From Octopus sinensis (Eukaryota), in the NCBI RefSeq assembly GCF_006345805.1, contig NC_043003.1, positions 46,438,001 through 46,502,000 on the forward strand: 64,000 bases of DNA, in the 5' to 3' direction. The position numbers and the translations under genes were made by a program. The notes below the pieces were generated by a model, which did not search any database, was not told the origin of the DNA, and saw nothing but the letters and a program-made list of their open reading frames with translations. This document shows positions 13,449-27,209 of the stretch, piece by piece. Every line of letters starts with the position of its first letter. Position 1 is the stretch's first letter.

Positions 13449-14408
13449 CCAAACAAAAAAGGTTTGCGTAAACGAATGGCCCTGCACAGATCCCAGATAA
13501 AAATTCCCCAAAACAGAAAAATAGCTTTTAGCCAACACATAGATACTTGCGCCAACAAAAAAAACACCAAACTTCAGGATTTTCCCCCTCTACCAATTTA
13601 GGGACGATACAACCTCGAGACAACGAATAAGTAAAGAAAATCTCTTTATTACAAAATACAGGCCACTTCTTAACGGGTCTACGACAAACAATTAATATAC
13701 CTCAACTTTAGAATAAAAGAAATATATACACACACAAATATTACATTCCATAGAATCCATTACTAATCAGCCCCATCACAGCTATACTTTCACCCATTCA
13801 TATTCTCCCTTCTCTGTTTTTTCTTCTTCCTCTTCTTCTTCATCATCATCATTATCATCATCATCGTCGTCATCATCATCACCACCATCATCATCATCTT
13901 CTCCTTCTCCTTCTTCTTCTTCTTCTTCTTCTTCTTCTTCTTCTTCATCATCATCATCATCAACATCGTCATCTTCTTCTTCTTCTACTTCTCCACCTTC
14001 TACCCCTTAACCTTGTCACTAATGCCTTTCAGTATAACGCCTACGCAAATTCCATAAACAATTCCTGAATTGAACTGCGACTGCTGTCCGCCACTGACCA
14101 TTCAAAATACGACCATCAAGGCATTCCCAGATTTCCCCACCCCCTCTCCACATCAGCCTTCTGCTTCTCCTACCCTACCAAGAACTCACAACGACCTTGA
14201 ACACACAAGTGCAAACAAGGGAGTCAGAGAAAGGCAGAATGCCACTTATATCTGAACACTACTATAGAAATATTCCCTTAAAAAAACTTTTCTTCTAATT
14301 TTTCTAAATTTAATTATTTAATCGTTACAGTTGAAAAGGTCTCAAAATGACCGAAACCGGTACTGAAAGATTCACTATAAAATTATCTTAGCATTTTCTA
14401 TTTTTGAC
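13441..14408 (+). mobile_element. Penelope-like element, 5'-truncated: GIY-YIG endonuclease C-terminus + 3' pLTR
   Basis: 13441-13695 translates YIGQTK/GLRKRMALHRSQIKIPQNRKIAFSQHIDTC/PNFRIFPLYQF..RISKENLFITKYRPLLN*, with two frameshifts, both in A-runs. A hammerhead motif lies downstream and (TA)n flanks both sides. Confidence 0.85.
14328..14365 (+). ncRNA. minimal type I hammerhead ribozyme (U3-A8 core variant)
   Basis: CAG-UUGAAAA-GGUC-UCAAAAU-GACC-GAAA-CCGG-UA-CUG: stem I CAG/CUG, stem II GGUC/GACC, palindromic stem III ACCGGU, and a GUA cleavage triplet. Confidence 0.7.
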
Positions 14409-14414
14409 TTGTTT

Positions 14415-14487
<73 letters not shown>

Positions 14488-14644
14488 ATATATGTGTGTG
14501 TGTGTGGTGTGTGTGTGTGTGTGTGTATGTATATATAATCGGAATTTACATAATATCGAGGTCTCTTTCATTATTTTGTTGTCTTATCATAACTATCAAT
14601 ATATATGTATATATCTTACATATATATATATATAATACACACAT

Positions 14645-14736
<92 letters not shown>

Positions 14737-14974
14737 GCATACAAATATAAATGTGTGTTCGCGTGCGCCTATGTGTATATAGAGAGCAGCTTTTTTAGGT
14801 ATATTATATATAACAATAGGACTATACTTCAACACATTCTTTTGGATCTGGGTTTTTCTCCTCTTATTTACGTATAAAGAAATCTATGCAGTTTGTTCGA
14901 AGAAATAACATTTATTGTTACCAATCTTCCCAGATTACCTACGCCTCATTATCAGGTTACGAAGCGTCATGGTT

Positions 14975-15542
14975 TGTATACTGCCTGTCTTATAGCCGGT
15001 GACTAGTATTTGTACAGATTTTATCTACAGAATTTCACCGTTAGTGTTTCTCATCATCGAGCACGTATTTTGACCGTTATGGTGACACGTACGTCATTAG
15101 TCGCGTGTTTATCGTGTTTGAGATGTATATGTGGTGTCTGTATGTTTATTTAGCTTTGTGTTTTGACAAGAGAATTGATTCCATATTTAACCACCATTTT
15201 TTTGTGGAGTATGCTATATATTGATGGTATAAACACAATGCATCACATACCATAAAACAAAGCTAAATAGAAAAATGTTAAGTGTCAATATAGACATATT
15301 GTAGAGAATTCTCCGTAGAATAATACAAGTAATTATTGAAGTAATAATCATATAACAACAGGAAGCTAAAATAAACAGGCAGACGACATACATATGTCAC
15401 AGCATGATGAACACGGGTCTATTGTTATAGAACACTAAAGGCCAAATACGTGTCTGATAGCGTTGAACTCTAACAGTCAAATTCTGGCGATACAGTCGGA
15501 GTGAACAAAAGTCACCGAACTATAAAGGGAGCCAGTATAAAA
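14975..15542. repeat. old diverged inverted repeat / foldback element
   Basis: About 180-bp arms (14975-15157 vs 15362-15542) align in reverse complement with many substitutions. Confidence 0.6.
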
Positions 15543-15688
15543 GTCAACAACATTTCATAAGTTGGCGATGGAACGTTAATAACAATGAGTTTAGAAATAC
15601 ATTTTCCAACTTGCAAGGGGCTTTTGCAGAAATCCGAAAACACGATTAAACTGGAACATAATCCTGTTTTAATATAATACACACACAA

Positions 15689-15790
15689 GGCGACGAGCTG
15701 GCAGAAACGTTAGCACGCCGGGTGAAATGCTTAGCAATAGCCCCCTCTCCCAAAATTTTGGGTCTTATACCTAGAGTAGAAAAGAATATA
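15689..15790 (+). mobile_element. SINE family B, head fused to tail (internal deletion)
   Basis: GAGCTGGCAGAAACGTTAGCACGCCGGGTGAAATGCTTAGC followed directly by CCCCTCTCCCAAAATTTTGGG. Confidence 0.7.
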
Positions 15791-15909
15791 ATACACACAC
15801 ATGCAAAGATACATACATGCGTACGTACGTACGTATGTATTCATGCGTATATGTACATGCTTACTTACGTTCGTATGTATGTATGTATGTATGTATGTAT
15901 GTATGTATG

Positions 15910-15940
<31 letters not shown>

Positions 15941-15964
15941 GTATACAGGAATATTCTATGTTAG

Positions 15965-17160
15965 TGAGGGCTGCCCTGAAAGTAATAGAAAAGTGAGAAT
16001 AACATTTTTAATAAGTGACGTAGGTCGTTCAAATTGCACGTTAGTAGAGTGTCTCTTCTACAAAAAGGGATATTCAAAGTATTTAAACCAAATTCTTCAA
16101 CATAGTTTCCATCACAAGCGATACATTTGTTCCATCGTTGAACGCCATTCTCGATGTGCTCTGTGCAGTACCCACTACTTCACGGCCGTTTTAAACTCGC
16201 TTTTTGTCAGCAAACTATTGTCCTTCAAGATTGTTCGTTATTGGATCGAAGAGATGAAAACCGGATAACGGCAGACCCGAACTGTGCATGTACAATAGGT
16301 AGGGTACCATTGGCAGGCCCGATCTTTAAAGTGTCTCATTTGTTGCTAATGGCCGGGTGGTGGCATATCGTCATGGAGAACATAGAGAGTTTTAGGGCCT
16401 TGATCAGTATCTTCCTCTTAATGACCTCTCAAAGCTTTTTGAGTGCAGCGCTTGCTCTTCACGTTAAAACCACGTTCCAGAAAACCAACTAGAATAACAA
16501 CTTTGTCATTGCTCAAAACAGTCACATTGAATTTTCTCTCTCGATTGCCAATTTAGGCTTTTCACAAGAGATATGGGGCTATTCCATGGACCGAGTTATC
16601 ATTTCCGGATCGCAGAAACACGACCACGTTTCATCCTTTGTCACCAAATCGAGGAAAAGAAACTTTCTTCATTGGTTTTAAACGTTTCCAACAGATCATA
16701 GCAGATTTCTGCACTTTACTCTTTCAAATCAGATGTCAACAGCTGATGTGCTCAATTTGCACTCACCGTCTGCTACCCAAAACTATCTCCATCTTTTATA
16801 ATATATTGTGACCACCACAGTCCAACTGTAAAGGAATATCACAGATTATGACTTGTGTGTCTACGCGAATCGGTTTGTCTACTCATTCATGATTCGTGTC
16901 ATTTGTCACAGTTGATGGTCTCGAACTGCATAGTTTGCCTTCAATGGAAGTTTTCCCTCTAGACGTCGTCAATATGTACACATTGCTCATTTCAGTGGTG
17001 CCATCTTAAACAACCTAAAGCCTTTCGTGGAACAGCCTACACTCTACATTCATTAAGAACTCAATGGCAGCACACTGCTTCTGCTTGGAACTTATTATTT
17101 ACCAACAATGTAGAACAAGATTTACTATAGAGAGAGAGTTACTCTACCAACATGTGGAAT
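15965..17160 (-). mobile_element. decayed mariner transposon
   Basis: TIR-like GAGGGCTGCCCTGAAAGTAAT at 15966. Minus-strand motifs VQRWNKCIACDGNYVEE (about 16100-16145) and VTKDETWSCF (about 16615-16645, the mariner VTGDETW motif). Confidence 0.75.
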
Positions 17161-17212
17161 TTCAACAACTTATGTTTGCAAATAAACAAACTATGCCCAC
17201 TTTTGCGTGTGT

Positions 17213-17245
<33 letters not shown>

Positions 17246-17386
17246 ATAAGACAAGCATGTCATGTCATGTCGAGTGTAAAGAGCTTGCAGAGGAAAATTG
17301 AAGGGAAATTGCTTTGTGTATGAGTGTATGTGTATACACAAAGGTGCGTAGATATATAAGTATATATATATATATATATATATAAA

Positions 17387-17418
<32 letters not shown>

Positions 17419-18989
17419 TGTGTGCGTGCTCGCGAATATTACGCTTCATTTGAATGAAATAAACTTTCTCTTTTTAAACATAAGAATATGTTTGACTATA
17501 GCGTATTATTCGTTAGCCTCACGGGATCATAGATCTGCGCCCAAAGAGCTTACGTCGATTAGGTGTTGATCCCTGCAGCGGCTATAGATTTAGAAAGTGA
17601 TACAGATGTGACATCCCCGTCTACAGTAACTGCATTTCAAAGTAATTTCTATCAGTCTGGTCCTGGTGCAGTATTCTTTCATCGGGTACTATTTTCCCTT
17701 CATCAGCTAACTGAACCTCCCACCTAGTAATTCTATACCGCAGCATAGCTTCATCCCTCAGTGGGTGTTATCAATTAATATGCTTTCCCACCTTTCTACA
17801 TTCATTTTAAGATATTTCCTTTTCCTCTTTGAGATATCTTTAAAAGAATGACGGTACTAACCTTGAACTGTCTTGCAGAGTGCCGATCCCCTTATAGCAT
17901 TTCGTCTAGAATTCCTACGCCTGACGTGCCCCAGCCAGATAAGATGTTTTTGCGAGAAAGATGAAGGAGCTAGGTGTCATAAAACTTGATAGAATCTCAC
18001 TGGCGAAACTAAAAGTCCACTTGACATATGTCTTCCGTCTCAGAGTGCCTATGTGGAAGGTATTCTCTAGTATGTATATGTGTGTGTGCGTGTGCGTGTA
18101 CGCGTGCGTGTGCATGCGTGTGTGTGTGTGTGTGTGTATTTGTGTGCAGGTATGTGTGTCTGTGTATTTGCCTAATGCTCACATTTACTATTGCAATGTA
18201 GAAGCTAAAACTACGATGATTCCTTTTAAATACTTGAATTAAACCTGCTGCAATTGTGCAACACATTCAACCATCGAATATTTACTATTCACTAGACGTT
18301 TCCATTCATTGAAAATTGCGCCCAGTAATCTACATTTAAAAGTAGAGTTGTCACACCTAATACATGCAGTCGTTTTGGTCCATTTAATTGGCAGAATCAT
18401 TCCAATGCATCATTTCATATCACTTTCCAAAGCAGCTGTAGTTTAATATGTGGCAGTTAATACCGAACGGAATATTATTATCATTCGAAGTTATCTAGGT
18501 GGTTCCACATTTTCTAGTGCTTCAGTATTGATCTGGGAATACATTTGCCTATAACATTTAATTTATGCTTTTATTTGGCTATTAGGAACTCATTCTTTTG
18601 CCTTACTATCCAAGCAAATTTATTCAATAGACAAAAATATTTTGGGGAATGAATCTTCATGGTAGTAATACACTTCATAACATAGGCCGTGAGGAGAGAG
18701 GAATAATTTCTTTCATAAGGAGTACAATTTAGGAGAAATGAGACTACAGTATCGAAGGAATTGGTAAATAGCAAGAGGAGAAAATGCTAAAGCCCGAAAA
18801 AAAAACTATTCATAAACTGCGCCGGCAAAAACTTGAAACAAAATCAGTAAAAGTGAATAAGAGGATGTTCTGTGTTCTGACATTTCCAATAGATTTTTGC
18901 TTTGAAGAAAAGCCGTTTTCGAAATGTTAGGAAACACCTCTGCTTGAGGCACACGATTTTTATCATTTTATGAATTTATTAAATGTTCT

Positions 18990-19480
18990 TTACTCGTTTG
19001 TTCGGATTCAATTTTGCCACGCGCGTGCACACACACACACGCGTAGGAATATATACACACAGACACACGCTGAGATATACACGCACATACACATACACAT
19101 GTACATATAAATATACATACATAATACAAACATACATACATACATACGTACATACATATATGCATGCATACATGCATACGTACGTAGTTCATACATATAT
19201 ACATGGATGCGTACATACATACGTACATACCTGCGTACGTACATACATACATACATACATACGTACAAACATACGTACATATATACATACATATATACAT
19301 ATATACATACATACGTTCGTATGTACGTACAGACATACATACACACATGCATGCATTCATACATACACACGTCCATACATACATATACACATACATACAT
19401 ACATACATACATACATACATACATACATACATACATACAAACTTACATACATACACACTTACATACACACATACATATAC
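18990..19480. repeat. degenerate (TACA)n tetranucleotide tract
   Basis: Direct reading; also at about 15870-15938 and 42068-42275. Confidence 0.95.
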
Positions 19481-20199
19481 ACCCCTTTGATATTTACAGT
19501 ACAACTCTTTTTCATTGAGGTACACCGAAGTTACAGAAAGTATGTTCATACATTAGATTTCAGAAGAAATATAAATAAATTTCTCCTTTCATACAGTGGT
19601 CTGTGTTGCTGCTGTTATTCTTTAGGCTTAGAGCATACCTGATCGAGCTAAGCAGAAGAACAACGGCATTCCATCCGACGTTGTTCCCCGCACTGTTTGA
19701 CATATCTCAAACACGATGTCATTCCAACTTAAGACGGCAGGTTGTCATCTGAACAGTGAGTTTGGCTGCTATTTTTGCAGCTTTTAAGAACGCATAGAGA
19801 CTCTGTGTTGACAATAAATGCTTAGAGGGATACATATATTTGTAGATCAGTTTGAGCAAAGTATGTCATGAAATCTTAGCTCTATACTCATAAGCACGTT
19901 TAGCATAAGTTCTGTAAACAATTCCAGAAAGTATAACGACAATCATACAAGGAAAAGCAGAAATATTTCTCTCCTATAGTACAAGGAAACGTGCAATTCA
20001 TTCAGCTAAAGATATTTTCTCTTGGAAATTTCCCATACACTATGATTGTGGTTTATCACGAGCACCAAGGTAAATCCCGAGCTGGTTAAATGTCTCTTGG
20101 TGCACTCCCTACGTGCTTTCTAATGGTATATTATATATAGGTGACAAATACACTACCTCCTCATAACACACACACACATATATGTATATATATATATAC

Positions 20200-20259
<60 letters not shown>

Positions 20260-20394
20260 ATGTGTGTGTGTGTGTATACATATATATGTATCTATCTATC
20301 TATCTCTCTATCTCTCTCTATATATGTGTGTGTGTGTGTGTATGTGTGTATGTATGTATGAATGTATGCATGCATGTATGTATCTTTCTCGTTC

Positions 20395-20600
20395 TTTCTC
20401 TTTTACTTGTTTCAGTCATTTGACTGCGGCCATGCTGGAGCACAGCCTTTGACCCCAGGACTTATTCTTTGGAAGCCTAGTACTTATTCTATCGCTATCT
20501 TATTCCGAACCACTAAGTTACGAGGACGTAAACACACCAGCTTCGGTTGTCAAGCGATGTTGGGGAGACAAACACAGATACACAAACATATATATATATA
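20395..20600 (-). mobile_element. SINE family A, 3' part
   Basis: CTTTTACTTGTTTCAGTCATTTGACTGCGGCCATGCTGGAGCAC.. is the reverse complement of the family A tail. Confidence 0.85.
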
Positions 20601-20675
20601 CACACACGCACACACACATATATATATATGTATGTATGTGTATCAATATGTATATATATACATATATATACACAC

Positions 20676-20709
<34 letters not shown>

Positions 20710-20739
20710 GTATCAATATGTATATATATACATATATAT

Positions 20740-20806
<67 letters not shown>

Positions 20807-20913
20807 TACGTACGTACATACATACATACATACATATATGTACTTTTTTTTAGCAACAACTGTATTTGCGATATGCATCGGTGTGTGAGCATACATGTAT
20901 GTATATACATACG

Positions 20914-21122
20914 TACAAGCGGGTACTGAAAATTTCCAGGATCTAAGGATATCGCGAAATGCCTGATTAGAGGCCCAGCCTTCCGATTTCTTTTACAGGT
21001 CTTAGAAAGACTGAAGGACCGCTGCACGAAGTGTGTGAATATGTTGAATAAAAGCATAATTGACTGATTCTCCTGTATTTTCTCTTACTCAGAGCCAGAA
21101 ACTTTTCACTACTTCTCTTATA
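20914..21122 (+). mobile_element. mariner-derived MITE (~200 bp)
   Basis: Imperfect TIRs (GGGTACTGAAAATTTCC / GAAACTTTTCACTAC). The interior encodes a mariner-like C-terminal remnant (GLRKTEGPLHEVCEYVE). A second copy lies at 62384-62601. Confidence 0.7.
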
Positions 21123-22470
21123 TAATTATAATATGTATGCATATATGCGTGTGAAGTTGCATGGCCTAGTGGCTAGGCTGTTGCACTCATGTTCGCTATA
21201 TTGTGTGTTCGATTCCCTGACTGGGCGGCGTGTTGTGTTCTTGAATAGAACACTTTGCTCCAGACTCCCTTTTGATCAGAGAGAATGCTTGCCTACTGGC
21301 CTAGCCAGCGCGGTGGCATCATTATGTGTGTATGTATATGTATGTATAACTTGGAGACATTAGTCACTTTTTAAATTATACCTAGATACTAACTTTTGTG
21401 TATAAAACTATTAGTAGTTCATAACTGTATACCGTGTGGTATATATATATATATATATTGTTTAATGGACACGGTATATAGTTGTGAGCTACTAATAGTT
21501 TCATACATAGAAAGCATTATCTAGGCAGGTTTTAAAACGCACCTAGCGTATCTAAGTTATCTTTGGGCTCTGTGCATATGACCTGTACAAGTTACGAACC
21601 AGGACAACGGAATAAGAGAAATCATGGGGAAAAACTAGATGAATGTGGCTTTAAAAGAGAAATAGCTATTCCCCCTTTCAACGTAGAGTCGTAAGGCGAG
21701 ATGGCGTAGAATCAACGAAAGGGGTTTAAAATCTGCGATACAACTCTTCAATCCAAAGAGAGCAATGTTCTCCACTTTGCCAAAAGAAATTTGTCCATAT
21801 GCTTGCTTTTGCTGAAAATTTCTGACCTGGAATTCAGCAGTGTAGGGGAATTTTGAGATATAAATAGGCATGCGATCTTATAGTACGCATAACCTGCATT
21901 TTTTTTTATCTATTAACGTAGGCTTGGGGTTTCTACGATTTTTCACTTGATTGTATGCGGTGTTTAGTTGGTCTTCAAACCTCACACGTGCCTAGCCAAT
22001 TTAATGGCTTTACTGTTGTGCATGTGCCAACAAGAAGACAGGTGGTTAGCATAGCATTGTTTGAAGTCACCTTCGCATAAACCGGTGTAATTCTTTCCGG
22101 TTAGGTTATCAAGTAGAGTTGCCGAAACTTCTGCCTCATATATTTCGGAATTAATCATGCACCCATAATCGAGTGAACAAACTCCAGAGTCTTAATAGTT
22201 TCAACTGGGAGGGAGCTCTTTGTGGTGTTTGCAAGTAATGATGCGGTTCATAATGGAGCAGCAGCTATATAATTTAATAGAGCGTCTCTTAAATCTTTAC
22301 CATAACTTTAATTCTTCTCCTTTGTTTTTTTCTTTCCTTCCCGCACAAGACATATAGTCCCACTTCCTCTCTCTGTCACATGTGTGTATGTATATATGTA
22401 TATATGTATATATACATATATGTATATATACATACAGACATATATATGTGTGTATGTATTTATATATGTA

Positions 22471-22866
22471 CTAGCAGTATCGCCCGGCGTTGCTCGGGTC
22501 TGTAAGGGAAATAACTATATAAGCATTTTTAGAGGGTTATAGCCAAAAAATAGCAAAAAAATGCATTAAAAATTGAAAAAAAATTAAGGCAAATTTTTTT
22601 TTTAAATCGTTGACACATCGTAGATATTTTTAGAGAGTTACTTCCCTTATATAAAAGCGAAAAAATGCATTAAAATGGAAAAATATGATGGTAAATTTTT
22701 TTTAAATTGTAGACTCATCGTAGACGCGCGCTAATACCCAGAAGGTGTCGATATGAATCACGACTATAAGATACCCGCTTTTGGTTAAATTGCACCGCAA
22801 AATGTGGGAGTAGTTACGAATCTAAATCGTAGGAGACAGACACACAACTTCACTCTTATATAAAGA
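22471..22866 (-). mobile_element. non-autonomous Helitron
   Basis: Minus strand starts TC(TTTATATA) and ends in the GC hairpin CCCGAGCAACGCCGGG followed by CTAG. It is inserted between A (22470) and T (22867) without a TSD. Confidence 0.85.
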
Positions 22867-23569
22867 TGCTTTTTTTTTCAGTCATAGAGTTAGATTTATG
22901 AAGGTCTTCAGTAGAAAATCCTTCGAATTCTGACTCGCTGCTTGATATAATGAAATTCGTATCCATTTTTTGTCAGAATTACAAATTTTGAAAACACAAT
23001 AGGAACAAATTTCGGAAAAAAATCTCCCATAATTCACGGAATTAAAATTACACTTCGATTTTTGTACAAAACTGTATTTGAAGTGTTTACGAAGTATAAT
23101 ACGTGTTTTCACGAATGTACTAAAGAGATTTACTCTGATATTCTCATTTAAATATGAATAGGTAAATTCGGGCGGTTTGGTAACGAAAGGGTTTATATAA
23201 GTGTTGTCTGTTTATACATAAACACTGTTTCATACTTTCAGTTTAGTCTTCCTCAAATCACTGTCGCTATTTACTCTCTTCCAAGAACATTTTCACTCAA
23301 TCTTATCTGTTAGCTTGCCATACATTTTACTCATGTATCTATCAGCGTGATAGACAGAAACAAATATTACATCTAGTTTCACTTTATTCGTTGCACACTG
23401 TGTGTGTGCGTTTGCGTGTGCTGTAAACCAGACTAAGAAAAGCATTTGACATACACACCAGAATGTGAGTTTTCTGTAAATTTTGCTTAATTGGAGTTTA
23501 AATTTTAAAAACTGGACCTGGCAAAACCCGATGCATTCTACTCTTTAAAATGCTAGGTAAATTGTAATT

Positions 23570-23869
23570 GAAGAAATCCTATATTGTAGATTTCTATAAC
23601 TGACAAAGGGAGGCAGATAAAATCTGCCTTTTATAATAAGAGATATATGCATATATGTATATATACATACACACATGTGACAGAGAGAGGGAGTGGGACT
23701 AGCCATTACACATTCTTTATTTTCTTTCCTAGTTTCTTTCTGTGTTACTTTCTGTGGCAGAGCGTAGGCTCGAAACATTAAAGACTTTTTCACTTCCGAG
23801 CGTTATACTAATACATCTGTTTGTTGGCTACATCACCTGTCTTCGTCTTTTGTTTTTTTTGTGAATTCT

Positions 23870-23872
<3 letters not shown>
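23570..23872 (+). mobile_element. probable Penelope-like pLTR fragment with degenerate hammerhead
   Basis: CTTT-CTGTGGCA-GAGC-GTAG-GCTC-GAAA-CATT-AAAG at 23748-23783. Its 3' end is repeated at 26056-26135, and a partial inverted copy lies at about 22355-22400. Confidence 0.5.
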
Positions 23873-23956
<84 letters not shown>

Positions 23957-23957
23957 T

Positions 23958-23995
<38 letters not shown>

Positions 23996-24023
23996 TATTA
24001 TACATACATATATATATAGATAG

Positions 24024-24071
<48 letters not shown>

Positions 24072-24097
24072 CATATAGACAGACAGATAGATATGTA

Positions 24098-24130
<33 letters not shown>

Positions 24131-24135
<5 letters not shown>

Positions 24136-24419
24136 CGTGATCACCGTGACCGACCAGGCTATCAGATGTTGTTACACATCGCTGGTCACAATGCGTTCGC
24201 ATTGTTTTAGCCTTCGAATGACGCCACCCCGCTGGCTAAGCGAGCAGGCCAACAGAAGAAAGAGTGAGAGAAAGAGTACAGCAGGGATCACCACCCCCTG
24301 CTGGAGCCTCGTGGAGCTTTTAGGTGTTTTCGCTCAATAAACACACACAACGCCCGGTCTGGGAATCGAAACCGCAATCCTACGACCGCGAGTCCGCTAC
24401 CCTAACCACTGGACCATTG
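24131..24419 (-). mobile_element. tRNA-derived SINE ('CACCTAAAAGCTCCAC' domain, different tail)
   Basis: TGGTCCAGTGGTTAGGGTAGCGGACTCGCGG..GTTTCGATTCCCAGACCGGG head on the minus strand. Confidence 0.85.
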
Positions 24420-25337
24420 TATATATATATACATATATTTACATACATATATACACACATATATATATATATACATATACATGGGGTTGTAGAGAGAGAG
24501 AGAGAGAGAAAAAAGGAAATTAAAAGTAAGAGATAGTGACGCAAATTAATTCAATGCAGAGACAAAGTAGGAAGATGGTGTTACCGCGTGAATCTAAATA
24601 AAATAACTACAAGCACCACAAGCAGCAATCGTTATTACCCAACGACCAATGTATTTAGTCATGTTCAAATGAAATATTTATTTCTCTGACTAGTAAAATA
24701 TACAACGTCAGATAAACTCATCTGTGATTAGTGAAGCAGTAAGTCGTTTTTATTGTTGTTCATTGTTGAAGCACAGCCAAATACAATGTTCTTTTATTTT
24801 ATTTATAGGTTCATTTTATCTATACATTTCTATATGATTATAACTTCCTATGCTGCATTTTTTTTAAACAAGTTTGGTACACGCACTCACAGACACACAG
24901 AGAAGCTGTGTACAGACCCATGCAAACACATGCATATTTACATACCAGTATAGAGACAACTATGCACACGTATATATTTATGTTTATACAAACTTTCGGA
25001 ACGATATTTCCAAGGTGAAAGAATTCTGTTTATAACACCAAATGTAGAGGGAGTGGGACCCTTTCAAATTTCAGATGGGCTCCTTCTTTTAAAGGGCAGT
25101 TCCATCAGATAATCATACACTTCTTTACCTCTCCGGACGCTGAATCGATGTACTAGTTGAACCCCATCCCCGAACATAAGCTTTGTATATGCGTGGGTGC
25201 ACGTTTTTGTGTGTACATATGCATATGTAGATCCCGTGTTAACTCGTTGGGGATTCGATCGAAATGCCTTGGCCTGAAGAGTAGCTTGCGATATACTACT
25301 CATTTGGATTATAATTATATGTATGAGTGTGCGTGTG

Positions 25338-25375
<38 letters not shown>

Positions 25376-25469
25376 ATATATATATATATATGTGTGTGTT
25401 GTACACCGTTATGCTGTCTCATTTGACATAGCAGCTTTTCAACACACATACACACACAAATAGGTAGTA

Positions 25470-25706
25470 AAGTTACCTCCTTGAGCCATGTCGACTCATA
25501 AGGGCTGATTTCCCTTTTTCAATGATGTGTATATATTTCCCACCTAGACGGGACACCGATCCATTGCAGGATTACGCATTTTTGCCAGCTGAGTGTACTG
25601 GAGCAATGTGAAATGAAGTATTTTGCTCAAGAACACAACGCGTCACCCGGTCCAAGAATCGAAATCACAATCTTACGATGATGAGCCCAACACCCTAACT
25701 ATTTAG
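25470..25706 (-). mobile_element. tRNA/CORE-like/V-like SINE
   Basis: Homologous to 1864-2105. Confidence 0.8.
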
Positions 25707-26134
25707 CCCCCCCCCCCGACACACACGCACGCGCAGAAATACTGAAGCGCATACAGATATAAACTCACGCTCGTAATCTAGTATAAAAGTACATGAATGT
25801 ACGCTCCATTGGTCCATGGGTTTTACATTTCTATATTTCAAAATTTCCAAGCTTGAGAAGTCAAAAATAAATGGAGAAAAGAAAAAAAAATGATAAACAA
25901 ATTATAAATCAATTAATACAACCGTGTGTCTTGAATAAACTAATGAAAATTGTATAGAATAATTCTTGAATAAGAAGGAATCTTGAAACATTAATTTGGA
26001 TATATATGATGAGAAATTAATATATAGATGTGTTAAATACTTTTTGCACTTCCCGTGCGTTATACTAATACATCTGTTTGTTGTCTATACCACCCTGTCT
26101 TCGTCTTTTATTGTTTTTTTTGTGAATTCTCCCT

Positions 26135-26172
<38 letters not shown>

Positions 26173-26273
26173 CGGTAGTATATAACAACCGAAATGATTT
26201 GCAGTATTTAGTCCACATGACTTATTCCTCTTTGTATCATACATCAATATATATATATGTGTATGTATATATA

Positions 26274-26347
<74 letters not shown>

Positions 26348-27116
26348 TATATACATATGTACATATATGTTAGTATGTATGTATGTTTATATATGTGTGT
26401 ATGTGTATGCGTGTGTGTGTGATTGTGTGTGTATGTATGCATAAATATATATAGCAAAAATTAATTTTTAACCGTTCTCTATCTTCAATTTTCAATTAAT
26501 TGAGTTATTTCTCATAGATTATTATTAAGTTTTATCCTTTCAACCTAATTCTTTTTACCTCTCATCTGTGACATTCTCCGCCTTCCCCTATCCCACTTTT
26601 TCTCTTTTTTCTCCTCTCTGCCTTCTTTATGTTTATTAGTTGTATCTTTACCGTTTATTAGGGTTATTATCATGTGCCTATAGCGTTTATTACTGTTAAT
26701 ATTAAAATGCGCCTATAGCAGGAAAGGTTATTATTATTGCCATTGTAAAGGCGATGAGCTGGCAGAACCTTTCCATGCTGGACGAAATACTTTATGACAT
26801 TTCGCCTCCCTTTGTCAATCAAGCATTGTATGTAGATTTGTATGTAATTTCAGAACTCGACAGCTGTTTCAGGAAGCCCGGATTTAATTAATAATCATAA
26901 TAATCATAAATTGCAGATTAAATGTGCAAAGATTATCATGATAAATCACGTATCCCTGGGCTTTCTGGAACAGCTGTCCAGTTATGAAATGTTTTCTTAT
27001 TTTATTCTGTGCTTTTATTCCGTATGTTTACATGTGTATGTGTATGCATGTATGTATGTATGTATGTGTGTATGTATGTATGTATTTATGTATGTATTTA
27101 TGTATGTATGTATGTA

Positions 27117-27209
<93 letters not shown>

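Noticed and set aside
17669-17709. Minus-strand CTGATGA..GAAA..TA hammerhead-like motif
   Set aside because: Core words are present, but stem II is bulged and stems I and III are minimal. Too weak to call; possibly a decayed copy.
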